Assembly: GCA_964510585.1 (NCBI GenBank)
Contig: CAZECW010000118.1
Location: 5,552 to 37,551, forward strand
Source of the DNA: an uncultured archaeon
Lineage (GTDB): Archaea > Asgardarchaeota > Jordiarchaeia > Jordiarchaeales > Jordiarchaeaceae
Reading direction: 5' to 3'
Length of the DNA: 32,000 nucleotides
In this document: positions 7,596 through 17,407 of the stretch, piece by piece
How positions within the stretch are numbered: position 1 is the stretch's first letter
Layout: the number at the start of each line of letters is the position of its first letter
Notes under the pieces: model-generated
What the model was told of the DNA's origin: nothing
Database searches by the model: none
The model's input: the letters and a program-made list of their open reading frames with translations, nothing else
Position numbers and translations under genes: made by a program

Positions 7596-8594
7596 TTACT
7601 CTTTTTTAATTAGTAGTTCTGCCATTGATCTGAAGAGTTCCTCAATGTTTATTCCAGTGTTGGCGCTCGTTTCAAAGTAGGTTGCATTTATTTCTTTGGC
7701 ATATTTCAGGCCTTCCTCAACTGGTATCTTCCTCTCCAGATCCGATTTGTTGCCCACTACAAACATTGTAAGGGAGCCAAAGGAACTTTGTATCTCTTTG
7801 CGCCATTTCTCCAAGTTTTTGAGTGATTCTGGATTGGTTAGGTCAAAAACCAGAACGGCTGCATCCGCATCTACGTAGAGTTCCCTTCTCATATGCTCAA
7901 AGTTTGTTGAGCCCCCGAAATCCCAGAAGTGCAATCGCACCTTGTTCCTGCCAATTTCAAACTGTTTCACGGTGAAATCGCAGCCAATGGTGGGTTTATA
8001 TTCTGTGGAAAATTTATTTTCGGTGGTTTTTTTAACAATACTGGTTTTTCCAACACTTTGGTCGCCGACAAGAAGGATTTTGAACATGAAGGTTTTCGAT
8101 CTTCTGAGAATCTGCTTTAAAGACAAAACTGGTTTAGATACTTCCTGCATTGAGACCGTGGCTTTAGGCGTAACTTCTGGGGCTTCGGATACAATTAACT
8201 CTCTCAAATCCTTCTCCAGAAACACTTCATCAATTTTTTTCTCGAAACCTGCAAACGGTTGAACGCTTCCATTCCAATATTGGAGTTGTGAACCAAAATT
8301 TCTGATAAATAGGCTGATTATTTTTCGCAAAGCGTCCCTTACCATTTCCTCATTGTCTTCCCTGTGAATGACTGCCACTAGTTTAAGGTTGTCACTTGAC
8401 TCATAGATTATTCTGTAATTTCTCAGCATGATTTCCTGAAGATCTTCCTCTTCTCCGTGAATAAGTTTACTGGAAAACTTGAGGATTGCAGTTAAAAAGC
8501 CTCCGATAAGATTCTCATCAATATCAATTGAACCATACTTCCTTGAAAGAATACACACACCACGATGGTCAATAAGATAAATTCCCTGAATCAT
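7596..8594 (-). CDS. Longin-like domain fused to a Rab/Roc-like small GTPase
   Basis: The C-terminal G domain has G1 GDQSVGKT, G2 YKPTIGCDF, G3 WDFGGS, G4 NKSD and G5 ETSAN. The N-terminal ~128 aa 'MIQGIYLIDHRGVCILSRKY...DENLIGGFLTAILKFSSKL...FAGFEKKIDEVF' follow the longin pattern. Confidence 0.9.
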   Translation of the reverse strand: MIQGIYLIDHRGVCILSRKYGSIDIDENLIGGFLTAILKFSSKLIHGEEEDLQEIMLRNYRIIYESSDNLKLVAVIHREDNEEMVRDALRKIISLFIRNFGSQLQYWNGSVQPFAGFEKKIDEVFLEKDLRELIVSEAPEVTPKATVSMQEVSKPVLSLKQILRRSKTFMFKILLVGDQSVGKTSIVKKTTENKFSTEYKPTIGCDFTVKQFEIGRNKVRLHFWDFGGSTNFEHMRRELYVDADAAVLVFDLTNPESLKNLEKWRKEIQSSFGSLTMFVVGNKSDLERKIPVEEGLKYAKEINATYFETSANTGINIEELFRSMAELLIKKE

Positions 8595-8994
8595 AAAAGG
8601 AAACCACCCATAAACCTAAAGCAAACAACAATTCATAATATACAAACACACCCATATTAAATTATCACCACCCTTTAATCATTCCTCTCAGTAGCTTTCA
8701 GACCTTCCCTTTGACATAAAAATAAATTAAAACATAATAACCACATTAATAACCAAGACCATCCAAGAAGTTCCCATCGAACCAATCTTCCTCACGCAGA
8801 AAAACTTTAAGCCTAAACTTAACTTTTGAGAACCGTTACCTCACTAACCATGATGCCCACTCGTAAAAAAGCAGAATTCAGCAAAACCCTAGAAGGATAA
8901 AATGCTAGACATTAACAGAAATGCTGAAGAAAAAAATCACATAAAGCAAAGATGTAAATAAATGAACGATAAAAAAATGAAAATGAAAGTTGTT

Positions 8995-10662
8995 CTACTT
9001 TTTCATTTTGGCTTTTTCTTCTTCTCTCAATTCTCTCTTAAGAACTTTACCTGTGGCGCTGAGGGGCAGTTCTTTTCTGAACTCAATTATTTTTGGAACC
9101 TTATAGGGTGCTAAACTTTTCTTTAGGAACTGCCTAATCTCTTCGGCGAGTTTAGGGCTTCCCTCGTATCCCTCCTTCAATGTGACAAAAGCCTTCACTA
9201 TTTCGCTACCCGGTCTATCTGGGTCAGGTATACCAATGGTCGCGGCCATGTTCACTGCGGGATGTTCAAATAATATGTCGTCAACTTCTCTTGAAGCCAC
9301 CTTATACCCTGAAACATTGATTATGTCCTTCTTCCGATCAACGATGTAGAAGTAGCCATCCTCGTCCATATAGCCAATATCGCCAGTATAGTACCAACCA
9401 TTCCTTAAAGCCTTCTCAGTCTCCTCCGGTTTCTTCCAGTAACCCTTATAGAAAACTTGAGGGCCGTATGCTATGAGTTCTCCCCGCTCTCTCACTGGAA
9501 GCTCTTCACTCCCAGTCTCTGGATCCACCACCTTAATTATGGTGTCTGGGAGGGGAATACCCACAGATCCCACCTTTTTTAGTCCCTCAACTGGGTTTGC
9601 TGTGAGCACGGGACTGGCCTCGGTCATTCCCCAGACTTCAAGCACCTTTCCTTGGGTTTTGCTGTTATACTCGTTTATAATTTCTGGGGGGAAGGCTGCA
9701 GCTCCGCTTATGAACATTTTCGCGTTTCTTATTGCTGATTTTTCAAATTTTGGATGTCTCAGTAGCTGGATGTAGATTGTGGGAACATTGCATATGACCG
9801 TAGGGTGGTACTGGTCGATTAGGTTTATTGTTCCCTCAATGTCTCTGGGGTTGGCTATTAGGATTTGGCCGGCTGCCATAGAAACACAGCCTATATTGAA
9901 CTCTAGACCCGCTAGGTGAAAGAATGGGAAAGATGAGCAAACAATCTCCTTACCTCTCTCAAACTTTAACCAAGACATGAGTTGAGTTGTTTGTCTAACC
10001 ATATTTTCGTGAGTGAGAATTGTTCCCTTAGGTAAACCAGTTGTGCCCGCAGTATACTGGAGCAAAGCCCAATCATCTCTGGGATTTATTTTCACCTCTG
10101 GGGGTTTCGGCTCATATTTAAGAAGTTCCAAGAATGAGACTGCCCCCTCATACTCTGTCGGCTCAGGCAGAGGGCCCTCCTGTGGAAAGTCGCCTAACCC
10201 CGCCACTATCACATTCCTCAATTTGGTTTCCTTTCTCACTTCCTGTACTCGGGACAGGAAAAGGTCTAGGGCTACAATTGTTTCCGCGTCAGAGTCGTCT
10301 AAAATGTATTTGATTTCTCTGGGAGTGAGGAGCGGGTTTATTCCTGTGGGCACCGCCCCAATTTTTATGGCTGCGTAGAGAGTTATCAAGTATTGGGGCA
10401 TGTTTAGACAGTATATTCCCACTCGGTCCCCCTTCTTTACCCCCATATCAGCAAGGGCCGCTGCGAAGCTGTAGTGGTAATTGCCGAACTCTTTGAAGGA
10501 AATTATTCTCTTGCCCTGAATCATCATGGGTCTATCTGGAAATTCCTTCACTGAATCATCCACAAAGTGAGATAATGGTACGTTTGGATATTCAAGAGTA
10601 TTTGGAACGTGAGGGTCATAGTGTTTCAGCCAAGGTTTACTCTCATATATTCCTTTAGACAA
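8995..10662 (-). CDS. fadD: Long-chain-fatty-acid--CoA ligase / AMP-dependent acyl-CoA synthetase
   Basis: 'LQYTAGTTGLPKG', 'WGMTEASP', 'YTGDIG', 'DRKKD' and 'ELPLSATGKVLKR'. TTG start with a GGAGG SD. Confidence 0.93.
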   Translation of the reverse strand: MSKGIYESKPWLKHYDPHVPNTLEYPNVPLSHFVDDSVKEFPDRPMMIQGKRIISFKEFGNYHYSFAAALADMGVKKGDRVGIYCLNMPQYLITLYAAIKIGAVPTGINPLLTPREIKYILDDSDAETIVALDLFLSRVQEVRKETKLRNVIVAGLGDFPQEGPLPEPTEYEGAVSFLELLKYEPKPPEVKINPRDDWALLQYTAGTTGLPKGTILTHENMVRQTTQLMSWLKFERGKEIVCSSFPFFHLAGLEFNIGCVSMAAGQILIANPRDIEGTINLIDQYHPTVICNVPTIYIQLLRHPKFEKSAIRNAKMFISGAAAFPPEIINEYNSKTQGKVLEVWGMTEASPVLTANPVEGLKKVGSVGIPLPDTIIKVVDPETGSEELPVRERGELIAYGPQVFYKGYWKKPEETEKALRNGWYYTGDIGYMDEDGYFYIVDRKKDIINVSGYKVASREVDDILFEHPAVNMAATIGIPDPDRPGSEIVKAFVTLKEGYEGSPKLAEEIRQFLKKSLAPYKVPKIIEFRKELPLSATGKVLKRELREEEKAKMKK

Positions 10663-10722
10663 ACTTGTTCCTCCAAAAAATTACGCAGTTATATTGTATG
10701 GATATATTTATAGAGTAAGTAG

Positions 10723-10736
10723 TATATAAATTTTCG
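10723..10736 (-). promoter_or_regulatory. BRE/TATA promoter of the acyl-CoA ligase gene
   Basis: The minus strand reads CGAAAA-TTTATATA about 60 nt upstream of the start codon. Confidence 0.6.
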
Positions 10737-11271
10737 ATACTCTACGTCTTGACAAGTTGATTTTCGCTTTTTCCTCTCAATTTTTTCATTTTTGAAGCAT
10801 CTTATTTGCGACGAAAAACGGTACTTCTCCCCTACCCTAAAGGTGAAATACGTCTTAAAGTATAAATTTTGTTTCAAAGCCCTATTCTGCGATACCTTTC
10901 AGGACAAATCCTGTCCGTTGCCCATTAGACTTTCTTTTTTGGTAAATGGTTCAATGCTCTCTCTTGAAATTACTGGGATAGGAATAAACTGGTCTGGCAT
11001 TTGCACCACTATCCTAGGAGGGGTCTTGATAGTTAAATAAAGGAAGCTGAGTTTGAGAAAGAATCCTGCTGTTCAGGCGCAGAGCTCCTATGATAATTAA
11101 AAGGATAAGAAAACGTGTAAAAAAATGATATATTTCTTAAAATTTCAGAAAATTTTTTAACACAAAATGATATTTTTGGATAATATTCTGTATTCCTTAT
11201 ACAACGCTTCACAAATGTTTATTAGGGGATAGGTATGCTAAACTTTAAAAATTGAGACTTTGTTGTGATGT

Positions 11272-12177
11272 GTGGTGATGCTTGTGGGTTTTGAGTTTCC
11301 TCCTTATCGTCCGCCATCTGAGGCTTATAGTATGCTTATTAGGGTGACTCGTAACTGTCCTTGGAACCGTTGTGCTTTCTGTAATATGTATAAGGGTCAA
11401 AAGTTTTCTCGGAGGTCGGTGGAGGAGGTTAAGAGTGATATTTCGATGGCGGCGGAGGTTTACGGTGAGAGACCCAACATGTTTTGGGGAGACAGCAACT
11501 CCATTATTCTGAAGACTCAAGAATTGGAGGAAATATTAGATCACACCTATAGGGTTTACCCCAATTTGGAGAGGATAACAAGCTACGCTAGGGCGAAAAC
11601 CATTCTCCATACTAAGACTGTTTCTGAATTGAGGAGGTTGAATGAGGCTGGTCTCACAAGGTTACATGTGGGTCTTGAGACCGGTGACGACTGGCTTTTG
11701 AAATTCATAAATAAGGGGGCAACAGCTGAGGAAATGATTAAAGCGGGGAGAATGGTGGTGGAGTCTGGAATTCACCTCAGTGAGTATGTGATTCTGGGTT
11801 TGGGCGGGGTGGAGAGGAGCGAAATTCACGCAAGGGAAACTGCTAGAGTGTTAAACCAGATTGACCCTGCATTCATTCGCGTACGCACCCTTGTACCAAT
11901 TCCGGGCACTCCTCTGTATGAGGTTTTTGAGAAGGGGATTCTACATTTGGGCTCTCCACTTGACATACTAAAAGAGACCAGAATCCTTATAGATGAACTG
12001 GAGGTTAACAGCGAATTTCTAAGCGACCATGTTTCCAACTATTTACCCATTAACGGCAAACTGCCGGAAGATAAGGATGACATGTTAGAATTTCTCGATT
12101 CCCACATTGAGCTCTTAGAGGTTGACCCAGAAACTGGAAGGAAGCTTCTCCAACCAGAATACCTAAGGAGACTCTAA
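11272..12177 (+). CDS. Radical SAM protein (stand-alone, 'YRPPSEA' subfamily, function unknown)
   Basis: 'RPPSEAYS' and Cys motif 'CPWNRCAFC' (CX4CX2C), plus 'GDSNS', 'VGLETGDD' and 'GLGG'. No N-terminal cobalamin-binding domain. Confidence 0.9.
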   Translation: MVMLVGFEFPPYRPPSEAYSMLIRVTRNCPWNRCAFCNMYKGQKFSRRSVEEVKSDISMAAEVYGERPNMFWGDSNSIILKTQELEEILDHTYRVYPNLERITSYARAKTILHTKTVSELRRLNEAGLTRLHVGLETGDDWLLKFINKGATAEEMIKAGRMVVESGIHLSEYVILGLGGVERSEIHARETARVLNQIDPAFIRVRTLVPIPGTPLYEVFEKGILHLGSPLDILKETRILIDELEVNSEFLSDHVSNYLPINGKLPEDKDDMLEFLDSHIELLEVDPETGRKLLQPEYLRRL

Positions 12178-12191
12178 AAAGGCTAGGGGCC

Positions 12192-12833
12192 TCAAAACTG
12201 TTCCCCGAATATTTTTAGGAGTTCCCTTAAATCATCTATTACCAAATCCGCGCACTCTACTAGTTCTTCTGAGGGTTTGTAGGCTACGCCTAAACCCGCC
12301 GCTGATAAGAAGGACTTGTCAAATTTACTATCCGCCACCGCTACGCACTCTGAGAGTTTAACGCCGTGAATTTTTGCAACCCTTTTCAGTGCCTTCTCTT
12401 TTTTTAATAGTTCAACTCTTAAAATTCCTTCTCCCGTAAGGTAGCCGTTTCTGTCTGTTTTTAAACCGTTTGCAACCGTACACTTTATACCCAATTTTTC
12501 GCCCAAGTCTCTAGCCCTTATGTCTATACCCGCGGACACTATGCAAACCTTTAGTCCCCAGTTTAACAGTTTTTCTGTGACGTACTGGGCGTGTGGCTCC
12601 AACTCGTAGTTTAGGAGAACACTTCTCACCTCATCTATATGGGGTGGCGGTTGCCAGAGCTTTATATCCCTTCTCATAAACTCAGAGTAATCAATTTTTT
12701 TCTCCAAATAGTCCCTCAAATTTGTTAGGTTCTCCACACCGAAGTGCCTGTGCAAACACTGCCAACTATTAACTCCCGAGATAATTGTTCCATCCATATC
12801 AAAGACAACTAAGCGATACTTCCTCAAAATCAT
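12192..12833 (-). CDS. HAD-IB hydrolase, phosphoserine-phosphatase-like
   Basis: Motif I 'VFDMDGT', motif II 'VSAG', 'VANGL', the motif III Lys and motif IV 'ADSKFD'. Confidence 0.85.
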   Translation of the reverse strand: MILRKYRLVVFDMDGTIISGVNSWQCLHRHFGVENLTNLRDYLEKKIDYSEFMRRDIKLWQPPPHIDEVRSVLLNYELEPHAQYVTEKLLNWGLKVCIVSAGIDIRARDLGEKLGIKCTVANGLKTDRNGYLTGEGILRVELLKKEKALKRVAKIHGVKLSECVAVADSKFDKSFLSAAGLGVAYKPSEELVECADLVIDDLRELLKIFGEQF

Positions 12834-12896
12834 CTACACCCAGACTACATACAATGTTTCACTTTTCACTGTGTAGTCCCCATTTTTTTTAAGAAT

Positions 12897-14231
12897 TTAT
12901 GTGATTTCTTTTAGAGACTCCTCGAGAATATCCAGTCCCATGTTCAGGAGTCCTTCTTCTATAATCAGAGGTACCAAAATTCGTATAACGTTGTCGTAGA
13001 TTCCGCACCTCAATGTAATCAGTCCCTTTTTGGTACAGGTTTCAACCAGCTTCTTAGTTTCTTGGTCTGCAGGCTCCTTTGTTCTTAGATCCCTCACCAG
13101 TTCCAAGGCTGCCATGGGTCCTTTGCCTCTCACGTCTCCTATTATTTCGTACTTTTCCTGCATCTCCCGCAATCTTTTATGTATGATTACTCCCATTTTT
13201 TGGGCGTGGGCAAGGTTATCTTCTATGACTTTAATGGTTTCAAGAGCAGCAACGCATGAAACAGGGCTCCCCCCAAATGTGGTTCCCAATCCTCCTCTCT
13301 GGGGGGAGTCCATAATTTCGGCTTTACCAATAGTGGCACTCACCGGAAAGCCTGCGGCAATAGATTTTGCCACTGTGATTATATCTGGCTCCACCCCGTA
13401 GTGCTCCACGCAAAACATCTTTCCCGTTCTGCCCATTCCCGCCTGAATCTCATCATCAATTAACACTATTCCATACTTATCACATATTTTTCTAAGTCCT
13501 GGGAACCAGTCGTCTGGAGGCACAATGAAACCTCCCTCGCCCTGAATGGGTTCCGCTATAATGGCAGCGGTCTCTTCTGCAGCGTAGCGAACTGCGAACC
13601 CCTCCTCTATGGCATGGAGACACCTCAATCCACAACTGGGATACTCCAAACCATAACGGCACCGATAACAGTAAGCGTAGGGATAACGATCCAAATTATA
13701 TAGGTAAGCATTAAAACCAAGCTTGTAGGGCCTTACTTTGCTTGTGAGAGCCATCCCCAGCCTTGTTCTTCCATGAAAGGCATTCTCAAAGGCAATGATT
13801 ATAGGCCTTTTAGTGTAATGGATTGCGATTTTAACCGCATTTTCAACAGCTTCCACTCCGCTGTTGATTATGAGAACCTTTTTTTCAAAGGAGCCTGGGG
13901 TAATCTCACAAAGCTTTTCCGCCAATCTCACGTAAACTTCATATGGCACAACCTGATACCCAGTGTGTATGAGTCTCTCCACCTGTTTCTGAACAGCTTC
14001 AACAACGGATGGAGGGCAATGACCGGCATTTATAGTACCTATTCCTCCCGCAAAATCAATGTAAACATTCCCATCTACATCTCTTAGGAGGGCCCCCTGC
14101 GCCTCTTCAACAAATATTTCATTATCCATACCCAGACTTCTAGTAATGTACTTCTCGTGAAGTTTCCATAACTCTCGGGACTTGGGACCCGGAATTTCCG
14201 TAACGATTCTCGGTCTATGCAACTGCTTCAT
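12897..14231 (-). CDS. gabT: Class III PLP aminotransferase, 4-aminobutyrate/5-aminovalerate aminotransferase-like
   Basis: 'IPGPKS', 'DVDGNVYIDFAGGIG', 'SGVEAVENAVKIA', 'FHGRT', 'EPIQGEGG', 'DEIQAGMGRTG' and PLP Lys in 'AKSIAAG'. The ATG at 14231 is preferred over the TTG at 14243. Substrate is inferred. Confidence 0.88.
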   Translation of the reverse strand: MKQLHRPRIVTEIPGPKSRELWKLHEKYITRSLGMDNEIFVEEAQGALLRDVDGNVYIDFAGGIGTINAGHCPPSVVEAVQKQVERLIHTGYQVVPYEVYVRLAEKLCEITPGSFEKKVLIINSGVEAVENAVKIAIHYTKRPIIIAFENAFHGRTRLGMALTSKVRPYKLGFNAYLYNLDRYPYAYCYRCRYGLEYPSCGLRCLHAIEEGFAVRYAAEETAAIIAEPIQGEGGFIVPPDDWFPGLRKICDKYGIVLIDDEIQAGMGRTGKMFCVEHYGVEPDIITVAKSIAAGFPVSATIGKAEIMDSPQRGGLGTTFGGSPVSCVAALETIKVIEDNLAHAQKMGVIIHKRLREMQEKYEIIGDVRGKGPMAALELVRDLRTKEPADQETKKLVETCTKKGLITLRCGIYDNVIRILVPLIIEEGLLNMGLDILEESLKEIT

Positions 14232-14578
14232 TTTCGCCACCAACCTATAAAAGATACTAACAAATTCTGCACCACATTTTCTAATAAAAAAAATTATTTT
14301 TTCCTAAAAATCATAGAAAAAACTTAACTTCTAGTTATTAAACCTAAATTATAAGAGGTATTTTGTTTAAAAAATTTTTCCTCCAACATTCTGTAGGGAG
14401 TATAAGAGGCAAACAAATTTTTAAGCTTTTTTTCTTTTTTTGGGGAAAAGCACCATTTTTGAGAATAAAAAAGTTAAAAGAATAGAGGTTTTTACAACCA
14501 AAATGTTTTTTGCAGAATAATTTTTCCTTTTTCTTTTGCAATGCCTTTTCGGCCTTTTCCCTTTTTTTTATGCAAATA

Positions 14579-14944
14579 TTAAGGATTTTTTGGTTTTGTT
14601 TTGTCAAGAAATTTTTCAAGTTTTTCCTTAATTTTAGAATCGGGAGCAAGAATTGCTTTTTGTTTTGAGTTGTTAATTTCAATTGTGAGCATTCCAGAAC
14701 CCATGATTCTTCTATTTATATGAGATGATTTGGTTTGTATAGCTTGCATAGCAATCTCTGCAATTTGGTTAAACAATTTAACATCTATATCTCTTTCAAA
14801 CGGTTCGCCACCATAGTAGAAGCCACTAGAACTCCTCTCAGGTGTCATAGGCTCATATTTGACTACTGCTTTTCCCTCTTCTGATTCCAAAATGTACCTA
14901 TTTCCAGAGCCATCGACATAATCAATTCTTTTTACTTGAGCCAT
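14579..14944 (-). CDS. Hypothetical protein
   Basis: Protein-like sequence with Gly/aromatic motifs 'YVDGSGNRY', 'PERSSSGFYYGGEP' and 'RRIMGSG'. ATG at 14944 (in-frame TTG at 14968). Confidence 0.75.
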   Translation of the reverse strand: MAQVKRIDYVDGSGNRYILESEEGKAVVKYEPMTPERSSSGFYYGGEPFERDIDVKLFNQIAEIAMQAIQTKSSHINRRIMGSGMLTIEINNSKQKAILAPDSKIKEKLEKFLDKTKPKNP

Positions 14945-15285
14945 ACATAAATTCAATAATTGTCCCAAACTAAAAGATTTCGCATTGGATTATCCAAACA
15001 ACCAGTACAACTGGATGAATTCCAAAACAAGTAACAAAATTTGAAAAATTTAAGCCTCCAGGGTTCGCTGGGACGAAGAAACAGTCACGTTAACATTGCC
15101 AGCTCAGAACTCACAGAAAGTCGGCTAAAAGCAAAGAGCTACAAGTAGTTGTGCTTCAACTTTTTATTGCCGAACACTTAAATTAGGGGGGATAAACTGA
15201 GTTTGTGAAACTAATGGTTTAGAGAAGGTTTCCAAACAAGGGAAAAAATTGGGGGAGTGGTAAAGAGAATTTAGTAATTGCTCGT

Positions 15286-15702
15286 TTAGCCAGTCATAGC
15301 AATTACTTGTAGTGCTCCACAGTTGCTGCACTTTCCTACAACAACTCCTTCACTGAAAACGTTGGCGTCTTCTACTCTCTCCATTCTGTCGCAGCTTGCA
15401 ATGTAGAATGTGGGATTGTCGCACTTACACCTGCGTTGCTCAAAATAATTAGGCTTGCCGCCGTCCTCCAGTACCGATAGATACTCCTTTTTCCGCCCGC
15501 ACACTGAACACTGCAACCAAATAATTCCATGAAAGGCAACTGGGGAGTCCCCATTCCAGTGCTCTACAGTCACATTAAAAGGAACCAAACCGCAGTCAAC
15601 GCACTCCGCCTCAACGTACACGTGGGCGTTCTCGGGATAATCCTCGGCACAAATTTTTTCATACGCAAAAACCTTAAGATCCAGTAATTTTGGTTTCTCC
15701 AT
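15286..15702 (-). CDS. Cys-rich protein with tandem zinc-ribbon-like units
   Basis: CVDC, CSVC, CKC and CSNC motifs. GGAGTG SD before the ATG. Confidence 0.8.
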   Translation of the reverse strand: MEKPKLLDLKVFAYEKICAEDYPENAHVYVEAECVDCGLVPFNVTVEHWNGDSPVAFHGIIWLQCSVCGRKKEYLSVLEDGGKPNYFEQRRCKCDNPTFYIASCDRMERVEDANVFSEGVVVGKCSNCGALQVIAMTG

Positions 15703-16022
15703 AGTAAAATCACTCCTGCGTCAACACTATTCTACTGCAACAAGGGTCACTATGCTTGAATCAATCATGTATAAAGCTATAGATACCTCTTCTATTTTTG
15801 AATTTTGCCCAAAACTTTTATATCTCCAAAAATGGAGCTTGAGAAGGTTTCAGCTTGAATCTGTTGGTCTATGCTGCAAGAATAGTCGTACTGTTTTATT
15901 CCCTTTTTCTGGTGCGGCGGAATCGAGAATTCATCATTATGCCTTTTAAGTATTAGAAAGATATAAGTTGGTTTCCTACAAAGACTTATTAAACCAGTAA
16001 ATAGTTTTGGAGTGGCAATTTC

Positions 16023-17198
16023 ATGCGTATTGTTGTTCTGGGTGGAGCTGGAATAATAGGTTCCGCTGTAGTAGAGGATTTGGTTAAGAGCGGTGTTGAA
16101 GAGATTGTTGTTGCGGATTTAAATCTGAGCGCCGCCCAAAAAGTGGTTGAAAAATATAAGAAATCGAGCGTTGAGATTACCGCACAATTTGTGGATGCCA
16201 ATGAACCTAAGCTTTTAACTGAAGTCATTTCGGGCGCAGATGCAGTTTCCAGTAACATTGGCCCCTTCTATGAGTACTGCGAAAAGGTTGTTAATGCCGC
16301 CATAGAAGCCAGAGTCAACCTCGTAGATATTTGCGATGATTTTGACGCCGCAGAAGAAGCCTTCAAACACGACGCACAAGCCAAAAAGGCCGGGATAACC
16401 GCGTGTATAGGCTGTGGTACAAGCCCCGGACTCAGCAACATGACTGCCAAGTACGCCTCAACCAAAATGGACGAAGTGGAGGATATAAAAATAGCTTGGG
16501 CTGTTAGCGTCCGTGACACTGGGGGACCCGCAGCAAATTATCACATCCTCCACTCCCTAAGTGGGAAGATTCCCACGTTCCGCAATGGAAAACTAAAGTA
16601 CATTGAGGCTGGCACTGAAAAAGAAGTTGTGAAGTTCATAGACCCCATCGGAGAAGTGGAGGTTTACAGCATAGGGCACCCGGAACCCCTCACACTACCC
16701 CGCTACATCAAAGGTGTAAGGAATGTGAGCGTCAAGGGGGCAACTCTTCCCTCTTGGCTCGATGAGGTTTTCAGAAAACTGAGCAAATCCGGATTTGCAA
16801 GCAAGCAACCAGTAAACGTTAAGGGAGTATCCATAGTTCCACTGGATTTTGCTGTTTCGCTAACATTCTCACAACACGCCTACCCCCAAGAAATTAAGGA
16901 AATGATCGAAAAAGCGGCTCCCACCGCATCCGCCGCAAAGCTCATTATCGCAGGAAAAAGAGAAGGAGAATCGGTAAAATACACCTATGATGGGCTGGCC
17001 AATTTCGCCACAACAACTGCAGCTGCAGCCTCCGCTGCTGTACAAATGATTGCCAACGGAAAAGCCACAAGCAAGGGAGTACTACCACCCGAAGGATGCT
17101 TGGAAGCCCGAGAGTTTCTCAAAGAGATGATAAAAAGAAAAATAGAGATAATTGAAACCGAAGAAGTAACCAGAAGCCTAACAGAGGAAATAATTTAG
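16023..17198 (+). CDS. Saccharopine dehydrogenase / lysine 6-dehydrogenase-like NAD(P)-dependent oxidoreductase
   Basis: Rossmann 'VVLGGAGIIG', 'NIGPFY', 'VDICDD', 'GCGTSPGLSN', 'GHPEPLTLP' and 'GVLPPE'. GGAGTG SD. Confidence 0.9.
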   Translation: MRIVVLGGAGIIGSAVVEDLVKSGVEEIVVADLNLSAAQKVVEKYKKSSVEITAQFVDANEPKLLTEVISGADAVSSNIGPFYEYCEKVVNAAIEARVNLVDICDDFDAAEEAFKHDAQAKKAGITACIGCGTSPGLSNMTAKYASTKMDEVEDIKIAWAVSVRDTGGPAANYHILHSLSGKIPTFRNGKLKYIEAGTEKEVVKFIDPIGEVEVYSIGHPEPLTLPRYIKGVRNVSVKGATLPSWLDEVFRKLSKSGFASKQPVNVKGVSIVPLDFAVSLTFSQHAYPQEIKEMIEKAAPTASAAKLIIAGKREGESVKYTYDGLANFATTTAAAASAAVQMIANGKATSKGVLPPEGCLEAREFLKEMIKRKIEIIETEEVTRSLTEEII

Positions 17199-17407
17199 GA
17201 AACTAGCTGATTCACTTAGAGACACAAGCTCACTTCTTTAACTTGACTAAAGAATACCCACAAAAAGGTCTAATTTTCACTTCATATATCTTCTAAAAGT
17301 TTTTCCGATAAAAAGCATATTCACCAGAAAATATTAATTTGCTAAATAAGAAGAGCAATGAACTGGTAGAAATAAAAGAGGGAGGATGTGGAGGTTTTAT
17401 GATCCAT

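Noticed and set aside
10689-11040. Short ORFs 10689-10877 and 10792-11040 in the fadD/radical SAM divergent region
   Set aside because: They overlap promoter elements and each other, with no SD or motif.
11122-11173. Direct repeat AAAATGATAT x2 (42-bp spacing), with a third copy at 4635-4644
   Set aside because: A 10-mer with 9 A/T in AT-rich intergenic DNA and inconsistent orientation and distance to genes; chance is likely.
14344-14682. 112-aa Lys/Phe-rich ORF
   Set aside because: It is the translation of poly-A/poly-T intergenic tracts, overlaps the 14579-14944 gene in another frame, and has no SD.
15752-15949. 65-aa ORF between the Cys-rich gene and the dehydrogenase
   Set aside because: No SD or recognisable motif; it lies in a divergent promoter region.
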